Below are positions 27,484 to 35,838 of a stretch of 64,000 nt of DNA, one piece after another (positions within the stretch are counted from its first letter, which is position 1; each line of letters starts with the position of its first letter). The stretch is from positions 2,242 to 66,241 of IMG/VR virus record IMGVR_UViG_3300037471_000630; one strand, 5' to 3'. The translations under genes were made by a program, and so were the position numbers. The stretch is from a virus. The notes beneath the pieces are model-generated. The model ran no database searches and had not been told where the DNA came from. It saw only the letters and a program-made list of their open reading frames with translations.

Positions 27484-28473
27484 CCGCTTCGCCCACGCCT
27501 CGATCGTGTAGAAGGACAGCGCCGCCATCCCGATCGACAGGGCGGTGCCGGCCAGCAGCGTGAACTCCCACGGGTAGTCGTCGCGCATCACCCGCATGAT
27601 CGGGTAGTGCCAGAGGTAGACGCCGTACGACATCTTGCCGAGCCAGACGAGGGAAGGATGGGCGAGCACGCGGGACAGGCCGCCGGCCCGCTGGATCTCC
27701 ATCAGGACGGCCAGCGTGCACAGCTCGATCACTGGCAGCCCCCAGACCAGGACCTCCATGGCGCCCCAGCGGAAGCGGTAGCCAGCCAGCAGGGCAAGGG
27801 GAAGCCACAGCACCGCGCGCGGCATGTACCGGCGCACGCCGGCGAGGGCAGCCGGATCGCGGGCGAGGGCGGCCAGCAGGGCGCCCAGCAACAGGCCGGA
27901 CAGGCGGGTGTCGAAACGGTAGTAGGCGAGCTGCCAGGACTGACCATCGGCCACGCAGGCGGCGCGCCAGAGCGTGGCGGCGACCCACGCCACGGCCAGG
28001 CCGATGACCAGCTGGCGCGCGGTGAAGCGCCGGCATGCCCACAGCAGCACGAGCGGCCACAGCAGGTAGAAGTGCTCCTCCACCGAGAGCGACCAGGTGT
28101 GGCCGATGAACTGCGGAATGCCGAGGAAGGCGACCGCGTAGTCCGAGAGGTACAGGCCGGCGACGGCCGACTCTAGGCCATGGTTCGCTGCCCCGGGCCA
28201 CACAATCGGCGCCACCAGCAGGTACACCGCCAGCAGTGCGAACAGGGCGGGGCATAGCCGCACGGCGCGCCGCCAGTAGAACGAGCGCAGGCTCACCGTT
28301 CCCCGGGCCGCGTACTCGCCGAGCAGCAGCGACGTGATGAGGAAGCCGGAGAGGACGAAGAACACGTCCACCCCGACGAACCCGCCCAGCCCGAAGGGCG
28401 CACGGGCGTGGAAGAGCAGCACCAGGACGATCGCGACGGCGCGCAGGCCGTCCAGGGCAGGGATGTACCGCAT
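27445..28473 (-). CDS. Acyltransferase-3 family (OafA/Oac-like) membrane O-acyltransferase moron
   Basis: LDGLRAVA, GVDVFFVLSGFLIT, HTWSLSVEEHFYLLWP and SYGVYLWHYP motifs; multiple TM segments. Confidence 0.92.
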   Translation of the reverse strand: MRYIPALDGLRAVAIVLVLLFHARAPFGLGGFVGVDVFFVLSGFLITSLLLGEYAARGTVSLRSFYWRRAVRLCPALFALLAVYLLVAPIVWPGAANHGLESAVAGLYLSDYAVAFLGIPQFIGHTWSLSVEEHFYLLWPLVLLWACRRFTARQLVIGLAVAWVAATLWRAACVADGQSWQLAYYRFDTRLSGLLLGALLAALARDPAALAGVRRYMPRAVLWLPLALLAGYRFRWGAMEVLVWGLPVIELCTLAVLMEIQRAGGLSRVLAHPSLVWLGKMSYGVYLWHYPIMRVMRDDYPWEFTLLAGTALSIGMAALSFYTIEAWAKRSRRLFGAHAVEA

Positions 28474-28643
28474 GCCCGCCATTACAGCGGCTGGGCCCGA
28501 GCTTGCGGCAGCCCGAAATGTCCCGTTTCGTCTGGGACGGATGTCACACACGGGTTGTAACAGTTCCGATGCGGGAACACGGCCGATGAGCTTTTTCGTA
28601 GGCTCCCGCGGATGAGTTAGCACGCCACTGAAAGGCCTGATCC

Positions 28644-28883
28644 ATGAGCGACATCGACCCCCAGGAATTCGGCCGGATGCAGGCGCAGGTGGAGCTTCTG
28701 CTTCGCTTGGACGCCGAGAAGACGGAGTTGCTCAAGGCACTGGCGGCGGACGTGTCGGCGATGCGAGAGCAGATGGCCGAAGCCAGGGGAGGGTGGAAGC
28801 TCATGATGATGCTCGGCGGCGCCTCTGCCGCGTTCGGCGGCGCGATCTCCTGGGCGCTCACACACCTGAAGGTGCCGACGTGA
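28644..28883 (+). CDS. Coiled-coil protein with C-terminal TM, lysis region (holin/antiholin-like)
   Basis: IDP.EFG...A.V motif, one TM; first gene of the lysis cassette. Confidence 0.65.
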   Translation: MSDIDPQEFGRMQAQVELLLRLDAEKTELLKALAADVSAMREQMAEARGGWKLMMMLGGASAAFGGAISWALTHLKVPT

Positions 28884-29143
28884 GGCGCGTCCTCGTCGAC
28901 GTCCTGATCGGCGCCGCCTACGCAGCGCTCCTCGTGTTTCTCGCCCTGGCGCTGCTCCACCTGGCCGGCTGCGCCAACGGCGTGCAGATGACCGACGAGG
29001 AGCGCAAGGCGTGCCGGGACGCAGAAACCGGCTGCGCCGTCTTCACCGAGCAGGAGCTCGACACCCTGGTCAAGCGCGCCCTCGCCGCGGGCTACCGCAA
29101 GGGCTGGACCGACGCCCACAAGCAGGCCGGCCACGACCTCTAG
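28880..29143 (+). CDS. Putative lipoprotein
   Basis: Hydrophobic N-terminus followed by an LAGC lipobox; GTGA overlap. Confidence 0.55.
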   Translation: MRRVLVDVLIGAAYAALLVFLALALLHLAGCANGVQMTDEERKACRDAETGCAVFTEQELDTLVKRALAAGYRKGWTDAHKQAGHDL

Positions 29144-29152
29144 GACATTTCC

Positions 29153-29380
29153 ATGAAGCTGATTGACGACTGGAAGACCGTGCTCCTCAAGGCGTGGTCG
29201 GTGCACTGCGCGGCCATCGCGGCGCTGCTATCGGCGCTGGATGCACTGCAGTACGTGCTGCCGGCCCTGGACGGCGTGCTGCCCCCGAAGCTGCTGTCCT
29301 GGCTGGCGCTGCTGGCCGCAATCGGGGCGATCGGCGCCCGGCTGATTCCGCAGCGGTCCATCAGCGGGGACCGGCCTTGA
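29153..29380 (+). CDS. Holin
   Basis: MKLIDDWK..L.KAWSV start, two TMs, ARLIPQ end; immediately before the lysozyme. Confidence 0.72.
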   Translation: MKLIDDWKTVLLKAWSVHCAAIAALLSALDALQYVLPALDGVLPPKLLSWLALLAAIGAIGARLIPQRSISGDRP

Positions 29381-29880
29381 TCCCGCAGCAGCACCGGCGC
29401 AAGGCCGCCATCGTCGCGGCCGCATGCGCCATCGCCGCACCGTGCGAGGGGTTGCGCCGAACCGTCTATTACGACCCGCCGGGCATCGCCACGGTCTGCA
29501 TGGGACACACCGGCGCCGGCGTCGTGAAGGGCAAGGTCTACACCGACGCCGAGTGCCAAGCGCTGCTCACCGCCGACATGACGCACGCCGTCGACGTGGT
29601 GGAGCGGTGCCAGCCCGGCCTGCCGCCCAAGGTGCTCATCGCATATGCCGACGCCGTCTTCAACATCGGCCCGACCATCGCCTGCGACACGAAGAACTCC
29701 ACTGCGGCCCGGATGCTGGTGGAAGCCCGCACCGTGACGGGCGATTACTCGCCCGCCTGCCGGCAGCTCCCGCGCTGGAACAAGTCTCGCATCGCCGGCG
29801 TGCTGGTGGAGCTCCCCGGCCTGACGAAGCGCCGCGCGCTCGAGCAAGACGTCTGCCTGCAGTGGAAGGACGAGGCGTGA
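29377..29880 (+). CDS. Endolysin, GH24 lysozyme (possibly SAR type)
   Basis: E-x8-D-x5-T triad (EGLRRTVYYDPPGIAT), FNIG and GL.KRR..E motifs; short hydrophobic N-terminal stretch; TTG start. Confidence 0.9.
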   Translation: MIPQQHRRKAAIVAAACAIAAPCEGLRRTVYYDPPGIATVCMGHTGAGVVKGKVYTDAECQALLTADMTHAVDVVERCQPGLPPKVLIAYADAVFNIGPTIACDTKNSTAARMLVEARTVTGDYSPACRQLPRWNKSRIAGVLVELPGLTKRRALEQDVCLQWKDEA

Positions 29881-30227
29881 TCCTCGACCCCGACTACGCC
29901 CGCGTCTTCACGCAGGCACGCTGCATCGCGTGGCAGTACGGGTACTCGGCCAGCCTGCATGGCAGCTACACGCGCGACCTGGACATCCTGCTGACGCCGT
30001 GGACCGAGGAGGCCCGGCCGAACCACGACCAGCTCGTGCGGCTGATCGCCCAGTCCTGCGACTTGCGCGAGTCGGTGACGAACACGAAGGGCGACATCCG
30101 CTGGACGGAGAAGCCGCGCGGCCGTCGCGCGACCAGCCTGCACTTTCCGGGCTTCGGCGACCGGCGCTGGGTGGACATCTCGATCATGCCGTGCCAGCCG
30201 AAGGCCTCGGAGCCGTCCACGCCATGA
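29877..30227 (+). CDS. Minimal nucleotidyltransferase-like protein
   Basis: LHGSYTRDLDILL plus a distal VDISI motif; coupled to both neighbours. Confidence 0.55.
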   Translation: MILDPDYARVFTQARCIAWQYGYSASLHGSYTRDLDILLTPWTEEARPNHDQLVRLIAQSCDLRESVTNTKGDIRWTEKPRGRRATSLHFPGFGDRRWVDISIMPCQPKASEPSTP

Positions 30228-30772
30228 CCGAGCGGATCCTGAAGGCGTTGCTGGTGCTGGCCCTGGCCGGCGCTGTGATCGGCGGCGTCACCTGGGCGTA
30301 CGAGCACTGGCGCTCCAGCGTCTACCAGGAAGGCGATGCCGCCGGCGCGGCGCGGATACAGCAGCTCTGGGACGACGACCGCGCCAAGGCGCAGGCCGCA
30401 GCCATCGAGAACGCGCGCCTAGCCGCTGCCGAGACGCTGCGCCGGCTCAACGCCCAACAGGAGAACCAACGTGCCCAGGACGAACTGCTCGCGCGCGTGC
30501 GCGCTGACCGCGATCGCGCTGTCGCTGCTGCTGACGGCCTGCGCCTGCGAGCCGCAGCGTACCTCGACGCCGCCGGCTGCGGCTCCCTCTCCGGCGATCC
30601 CGCCGTTGAGTGCATCCGCAAGGCAGCTGCCCAGATCGGAGACGCACTCGGCCGAAGTGGCGAGATCGCTCGACGCGCTGCTGCCGACGCCGACGACGCC
30701 CGCGCCCGCGGCCTCAAGTGCGAGGCGGACTACGAATCCCTGACGCTCAAGCTGTCACCGGAGCCTAAATGA
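30224..30772 (+). CDS. Rz-like inner-membrane spanin
   Basis: N-terminal TM, coiled coil, ARG..CE..Y C-terminus. Confidence 0.82.
   Translation: MTERILKALLVLALAGAVIGGVTWAYEHWRSSVYQEGDAAGAARIQQLWDDDRAKAQAAAIENARLAAAETLRRLNAQQENQRAQDELLARVRADRDRAVAAADGLRLRAAAYLDAAGCGSLSGDPAVECIRKAAAQIGDALGRSGEIARRAAADADDARARGLKCEADYESLTLKLSPEPK
30471..30743 (+). CDS. Rz1-like outer-membrane spanin lipoprotein embedded in Rz
   Basis: +1 frame inside Rz, AGGAG RBS, LLLTAC lipobox, Pro-rich mature part. Confidence 0.78.
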   Translation: MPRTNCSRACALTAIALSLLLTACACEPQRTSTPPAAAPSPAIPPLSASARQLPRSETHSAEVARSLDALLPTPTTPAPAASSARRTTNP

Positions 30773-31047
30773 CCGGCGAAGGCGTCCCCAAGCTGCCGGC
30801 ATCGCTGGACTGCAGCGACGAGCCGGATCCGCAAGCCTGGGGGCTGGCCCGCGCGATCGAGCACGCCTGGTTCTCGCGCAACAAAGAAGAAGCGTTTCGG
30901 CTGGCGTGGCAGGCCGAGCGGCAGATCGCGCTGATGCGCGCAGAGATCGACCGATTGAACCGCGCTGGCCCGGCCGTCGAGGCTGCGCGAGTTGTCGATC
31001 CGGAGCGAGGCCAGCGCACCGGATCACCCGCCGGGGAAGTCCGATGA
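30769..31047 (+). CDS. Hypothetical protein
   Basis: ATGA overlaps; GGAG RBS. Confidence 0.6.
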   Translation: MTGEGVPKLPASLDCSDEPDPQAWGLARAIEHAWFSRNKEEAFRLAWQAERQIALMRAEIDRLNRAGPAVEAARVVDPERGQRTGSPAGEVR

Positions 31048-31448
31048 CAGCCAAGCGCCGTCCGGCGCCCGCCCAGAAGGCGCCAGCGAACCCGGTCAAG
31101 CAGTCCGACTCCGATGCCTTCACGCTCTATGTACGCGAGTGGCAGGACCGCCTGAACCTCAACGACTGGCGCATCGAGAAGTCCTCCAAGCCCGCCGGCA
31201 AGGCGAACATGGCAGAGGTCGTGTCGACCTCCCTGCCGGACCGCTTGGCGGTCTACCGCATCGGGACTGACTTCGGGAGCATCCCCGTGACCGCGCAAAG
31301 CGTCGAGGCGATCGCCTGCCACGAGGTCTTGCACGTGTTCCTGCACGAGTACAAGGAATTCATCAGGGCCGGCGCCGGCGAGGAGGACATCATGAGCGCA
31401 GAGCACCGGATCGTGAACACCCTCGTCGGGTTGCTGGTCGAGCGGTGA
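31044..31448 (+). CDS. Small HExxH metalloprotein (minimal zincin-like)
   Basis: ACHEVLHV plus a downstream EH..V motif. Confidence 0.65.
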   Translation: MTAKRRPAPAQKAPANPVKQSDSDAFTLYVREWQDRLNLNDWRIEKSSKPAGKANMAEVVSTSLPDRLAVYRIGTDFGSIPVTAQSVEAIACHEVLHVFLHEYKEFIRAGAGEEDIMSAEHRIVNTLVGLLVER

Positions 31449-31452
31449 TGCC

Positions 31453-32625
31453 ATGAGCCGCACCGATTACGTCGACCCGCGGCTGAAGGAATGGGCCACC
31501 GAGCGACAGGCCGAGTTTGTCGACGCCATCAACAAGCACAAGGGAGTTCTCAAGGCCGCGAAGGCGCTCGGCGTCCGGTGGGAGAACGTCAGCCGCGCCA
31601 TATCGCGCCTGAAGGCGAGCGCAGCGGCGCGCGGGTATTCCCCCGAGCACGACATGACCAAGACCGTCCCGGACGGCTTCAAGGTCAAGGGAGTCTCCAC
31701 CTACTACGACGATGACGGGAAGGTCCGGGGCCAGTGGGTCAAATCGGCCGCAGACGAGGCCCGACGCCAGGAACTCATTCGAGAGGCGTTCGCAGCCATG
31801 GCGGAGGAACTGCCGCGGCTGCCGCCCATCGCTGCTGTTGGCGCCTACGAGGCGAAACTCGCCACGCTCTACACCTTCACCGACAGCCACGTCGGGATGC
31901 TCGCGTGGCACCGCGAGGGCGGGGCGGACTGGGACCTGAAGATCGCAGAGGCGACTCTGGTCGGCTGCTTCTCGCAGATGGTGGCCGCTTCGCCGCCGGC
32001 GCGCGTCGGCTTCGTGAACCAGCTGGGGGACTTTCTGCACTTCGACTCGCTCGCGGCAGTGACGCCCACGAGCGGACACGTGCTGGACGCAGACGGGCGG
32101 TTCTCCAAGATGGTCACGACCGCTGTGCGCATCCTGCGGCATGTGATCGACCTGGCGCTTTCCAAGCACGAGCGCGTTGTCGTCCTGATGGCGGAGGGCA
32201 ATCACGACATGGCCTCCAGCGTCTGGCTGCGGGTGATGTTCCGGGCGCTGTACGAAGCCGAGCCGCGGGTCGAGGTGATCGACTCCGAGTTGCCTTACTA
32301 CGCATACCAGCACGGCCGGACCATGCTCGCCTTCCACCATGGGCACCTGAAGAAGAACGACCAACTACCGATCCTGTTCGCGGCGCAGTTCCCCCAGATG
32401 TGGGGGGCGACCACGCGGCGCTATGCCCACTGCGGGCACTGGCACCACGTCAGCGAGAAGGAGCACTCGGGCCTGACCGTGATCCAGCACCCGACGCTTG
32501 CGGCGCGCGATGCCTACGCGGCTCGGGGCGGCTACCACGCAGACCGGGCAGTCACCGCGATCACTTACCACGCGGAGTTCGGGCAGGTCGCTCGCAACAC
32601 GGTCGTTCCGGAGATGCTGTCATGA
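31453..32625 (+). CDS. HTH plus calcineurin-like metallophosphoesterase
   Basis: N-terminal HTH (KAAKALGVRWENVSRAI); DSHVG, GDFLH, GNHD, HHGH and GHWH motifs. Confidence 0.85.
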   Translation: MSRTDYVDPRLKEWATERQAEFVDAINKHKGVLKAAKALGVRWENVSRAISRLKASAAARGYSPEHDMTKTVPDGFKVKGVSTYYDDDGKVRGQWVKSAADEARRQELIREAFAAMAEELPRLPPIAAVGAYEAKLATLYTFTDSHVGMLAWHREGGADWDLKIAEATLVGCFSQMVAASPPARVGFVNQLGDFLHFDSLAAVTPTSGHVLDADGRFSKMVTTAVRILRHVIDLALSKHERVVVLMAEGNHDMASSVWLRVMFRALYEAEPRVEVIDSELPYYAYQHGRTMLAFHHGHLKKNDQLPILFAAQFPQMWGATTRRYAHCGHWHHVSEKEHSGLTVIQHPTLAARDAYAARGGYHADRAVTAITYHAEFGQVARNTVVPEMLS

Positions 32626-32852
32626 GCTGGATCGTCACCTTCCTTGCCACCTTCGCCATGGACATCTGCTGGGCGATGTGTGTGGCCAGCGTGAAGCAAG
32701 GAAGCCCGTTCGAAGCCGGCGGCTGGGCGGTGCTGCTGTTCTTGCTGGGGGCCACGGCGGTGATCGGCTACACCCGCGACCGGTGGTTGCTCATTCCCGG
32801 CGCGGCCGGGTCTTTCGCCGGCACGGCGGTGGGGGTTGCATGGGCGCAGTAG
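32622..32852 (+). CDS. Small membrane protein with about three TM segments
   Basis: Hydrophobic, 76 aa, ATGA overlap. Confidence 0.65.
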   Translation: MSWIVTFLATFAMDICWAMCVASVKQGSPFEAGGWAVLLFLLGATAVIGYTRDRWLLIPGAAGSFAGTAVGVAWAQ

Positions 32853-33352
32853 ACACAGTGGCGGGCATCGGCGACGTCACGAGCGACGCCAAGGGCTCGG
32901 GCGCGCGCTACAACGGCGGCAAGCCGCCGTACGAGCTGATCCCGGCCCAGATGCTGCATGACTTCTGGGTGCACTATCAGGGAACCGCGTTCTTCGATCC
33001 CGTGGCCGCGCTAGGCGCGCTGGGCGAGTTCCAAGCGCGCCGCGGCGAGGATCACGACAGCCTGCTCGACGTCCTGTGCTGGCTCGGCCCGGAAGGCTGG
33101 GACGAGTGCGCGCACGGTTTCGGCTACGGCCGAAGGAAGTACGCGTCATGGAACTGGGCCAAGGGCATGCCGTGGTCTGTGCCGCTGGCCTGCGCCACAC
33201 GGCACCTGCTGGCGATGATCCGCGGCGAGGCGATTGATCCGGAGTCGGGCATCCCGCACCGGGGGCTGGTCTTCTGCAACGTGGTGATGCTCTACACCTT
33301 CGGCCGCACTTACCAGGAGGGCGACGACCGCCCGGCAGCTGGCCTGCTCTGA
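32840..33352 (+). CDS. dATP/dGTP diphosphohydrolase domain protein (DUF5664-like)
   Basis: G.RYNGGK..Y.LIP, YG..KY..WNW.KG, RHL and DPESG.PH...CN motifs. Confidence 0.82.
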   Translation: MGAVDTVAGIGDVTSDAKGSGARYNGGKPPYELIPAQMLHDFWVHYQGTAFFDPVAALGALGEFQARRGEDHDSLLDVLCWLGPEGWDECAHGFGYGRRKYASWNWAKGMPWSVPLACATRHLLAMIRGEAIDPESGIPHRGLVFCNVVMLYTFGRTYQEGDDRPAAGLL

Positions 33353-33417
33353 ACGGCTGAGTTACATTCGTCCCCGGCGCCGCCAATTTCGGCAACCCTC
33401 CCTGGCGCCTTCCTCAC

Positions 33418-33450
33418 GCCCCTGCGCCCTCGTGGTGCAGGGGCTTTCTT
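33418..33450 (+). terminator. Terminator ending the late/lysis operon
   Basis: GCCCCTGC...GCAGGGGC-TTTCTT, between convergent genes. Confidence 0.75.
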
Positions 33451-33461
33451 CATTCTGTGGA

Positions 33462-33977
33462 CTACATGCGCCCAACTGGCGCTCGATTGGCGAGAACTCT
33501 GTGCCGCTCACGCTGCATGTCGTCGAGCTCTCGGAGCGCTGAGTCCTTTGCGGAGCGCACGCGAATCAGGGCTTCGTCGAGGGCGAGTTGACGCTCGCGG
33601 ATCTGCTGCGAATCCATGGGCAGATTTTGGGAATGCGCCTTGGCGTCTTCAGCCGCTGACCGCCAAGCTTCGTAGCGTTCCAGTGCCTCCTTCTCCAGCG
33701 AGCCGCCAGTGTGGCCGACCATGGTGGAGAGGCCTTTGCGAGTGCCGATGCTCAGGTCGCACAGCTGGATCGTCGTGTCCGCTTCCACCTCCGCCTGCGC
33801 CGCCGTTCGACGCAGCTCGCGCTGCTCGGCGAGGGCTTCGGTTTCCTTGAGCCTGCGCTCCGCAGACATGGCGACGTTGGCAGAACGGGCTGCGCCTGCG
33901 GCGCTGAAGATGTTCGCGATCAGCGCCAGTGCCGCCGTGAACGCAGAACCGATCGAAACCCAATCCAGTGAATCCAT
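33462..33977 (-). CDS. Membrane-anchored coiled-coil protein (moron)
   Basis: N-terminal TM, GGAGG RBS, codon usage differs from the core genes. Confidence 0.7.
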   Translation of the reverse strand: MDSLDWVSIGSAFTAALALIANIFSAAGAARSANVAMSAERRLKETEALAEQRELRRTAAQAEVEADTTIQLCDLSIGTRKGLSTMVGHTGGSLEKEALERYEAWRSAAEDAKAHSQNLPMDSQQIRERQLALDEALIRVRSAKDSALRELDDMQRERHRVLANRAPVGRM

Positions 33978-34230
33978 TACTCAACCTCCAGCGCGAAAGT
34001 CTATTCGGCTCGCATTCTCGTTTTCAGCCGCCAAGCGGTGATTGCCTGCACGGGGCGCTGTTGGCAGAATTGCACCTGATGCGGCGGCGTGGAAAGCAGA
34101 CACGCAGCATGCGCAGAGTCGATTTGGGTTGCGGTTTCGCGGCCGGCGGCTCTGGGGTCGAGAGAGTGCGGCGTCGCTTTCGCCGAGCCCTGCAGGCCAC
34201 TCTCTCAGCCGGAGTAGCGCCCGGCCCGCA

Positions 34231-34863
34231 TCACCCCCTCCAGACCCGCCCCTCCTGCCAGCCCGCCCGCTTGATCTTGACCCATTCCGCCGACCTCACC
34301 CCCGGGTGATAGGCGCTGGCCTTCCTCTTGGCCACTACGCCCTCGATCGGCAAGCCCAGCCCGCCTTTCTCCTTCGGCAACGTCATGGCTTGGAAGAGTG
34401 CGGCGTCTGCCGGCAAGTCCTTGACGAACAGGATCCCGGTACGGCCGGCGACCAGCTGCTCGAGCCGGCGCTTCCGCTCCACCAAGGGCAGACCCATGAT
34501 CCGCTCGCCGTCGTGCACCAGCAGGTCGAACACGCAGTAGGTCACCCGGGGCGTTCGCCCGCGGTGCTTGTGCCGCGCGCGCTCCTGCAGGCGGTTGAAG
34601 TCGGAGACGCCGTTCTCGTCCAGGACGCAGACCTCGCCGTCCAACACGTGTGGGCCGCCGGGCAGCCCGGCCAGCGCCTCGGCGATCTCCGGGAACCAGG
34701 TCGAGCAGTCGGCGCCGTTCTTCGTCAGCAGGCGCACTTGGCCGTCCTCGATCCCGGCCATGCACCGGTAGCCGTCGAACTTGAGCTCGTAGAGCCAGTC
34801 CGGGTCGGTGAATGGCTTGCGCAGGGCCTGCGGCGCCTGCATCGGCGCCGGGATGGTGATCAC
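34231..34863 (-). CDS. ATP-dependent DNA ligase adenylation domain (LigD/LigC-like, no OB domain)
   Basis: ELKFDGYR, LDGEV, FDLL, EGVVAK and WVKIK motifs. Confidence 0.88.
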   Translation of the reverse strand: MITIPAPMQAPQALRKPFTDPDWLYELKFDGYRCMAGIEDGQVRLLTKNGADCSTWFPEIAEALAGLPGGPHVLDGEVCVLDENGVSDFNRLQERARHKHRGRTPRVTYCVFDLLVHDGERIMGLPLVERKRRLEQLVAGRTGILFVKDLPADAALFQAMTLPKEKGGLGLPIEGVVAKRKASAYHPGVRSAEWVKIKRAGWQEGRVWRG

Positions 34864-35189
34864 CGCTTCTTGTCGCGGCTCAGATGCGCGAACGCCGCGT
34901 GCGCACCGGCAGTTGTGAAGCCGTCGTGCCGGTAGATTGCTGCGTAAAGGTCGATCTCTTCGCGAGTCAGGCCGCTTTGCTGCTGCTCATACTCCAGCGC
35001 CCGGCTCACGTCCGGCTCGAACCGGCCGGACACGTCCGCCAACAAGTCGTAATCGTCGCGGCCCTCGAAGAACACGCCCAAGCCGTCGCCGGTCTCGCGC
35101 AGTTCCACTGGCACCGGCTCGCCGCCGATCGCGTCGAAGTAGAGGAAGGGCCCGGGCTGGGTGGGGGTGGTCATGTCCGCCATGGCCAT
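34860..35189 (-). CDS. Hypothetical protein (start uncertain)
   Basis: Coupled to neighbours; acidic sequence. Confidence 0.55.
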   Translation of the reverse strand: MAMADMTTPTQPGPFLYFDAIGGEPVPVELRETGDGLGVFFEGRDDYDLLADVSGRFEPDVSRALEYEQQQSGLTREEIDLYAAIYRHDGFTTAGAHAAFAHLSRDKKR

Positions 35190-35611
35190 CAGGATACCTC
35201 GCCGGCGCCGCCGCCCATCTGCTGCAGGATCTCCCAGCCGCGCTCCGGCCGCGCCGTGCACAGCCAGGTCTGCAGGTAGTGGCGCTTCTCCGCGGCGATC
35301 CACTCGTCGCCGCGGAACAGCCAGACCCCGCCGCCGCTGCGCACCAGGCTCGCCCCGTGGAGCTCGTCGACCCAGTCCCGCCAGGAGTCAGGCGGGTACA
35401 GGCGCACGTAGAACCGGTCCGGCTCACCGTAACGGTCGATCACCAGCAGACGGCCTTGGGAAGGATCGCCGACGCGCCCCGGCGCCAGCCGCTGGCCCGC
35501 GCGGCGCATCCTGAACACCCAGCATTCGATTGCCGCGGCGGCCATTTCGGCGTCGTCCTCGGGCGTCTTGGCTGCCCAGCGGCCCGGGACGTAGAAGCGC
35601 ACTTCGCTCAT
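35189..35611 (-). CDS. Hypothetical protein
   Basis: 140-aa Trp-rich ORF next to attP. Confidence 0.6.
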   Translation of the reverse strand: MSEVRFYVPGRWAAKTPEDDAEMAAAAIECWVFRMRRAGQRLAPGRVGDPSQGRLLVIDRYGEPDRFYVRLYPPDSWRDWVDELHGASLVRSGGGVWLFRGDEWIAAEKRHYLQTWLCTARPERGWEILQQMGGGAGEVS

Positions 35612-35642
35612 GCTCAGCGGCGTCTAAGTGGCGGTATCGCGC

Positions 35643-35723
35643 TAAGCCGTTGATTTTGCTTGTATCAATTCGATCTTGTAGCCGACATGGCTAATTGAAT
35701 CCCTATACAAATCAATGAGTTAG
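35643..35723. other. Putative attP: AT-rich core flanked by two inverted IHF boxes
   Basis: AATCAACGGCTTA (minus strand, 35643-35655) and AATCAATGAGTTA (35711-35723) both fit WATCAANNNNTTR; immediately upstream of the integrase. Confidence 0.7.
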
Positions 35724-35838
35724 AGCGCAATTGCCGGCCTGAATTGCCTCGAATTGGCTGAAAACCGCCACGGATTGGCGGTGCGTCCGCCACCGGATGG
35801 CAGAATCAGCCGTCCGAGTGAGTTGCAGGGAGGGCAAC

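Noticed and set aside
32840-33352. Z-genome (2-aminoadenine) or 7-deazaguanine modification pathway
   Set aside because: No PurZ, DpdA/Que/FolE genes or phage DNA polymerase recognisable in the window.
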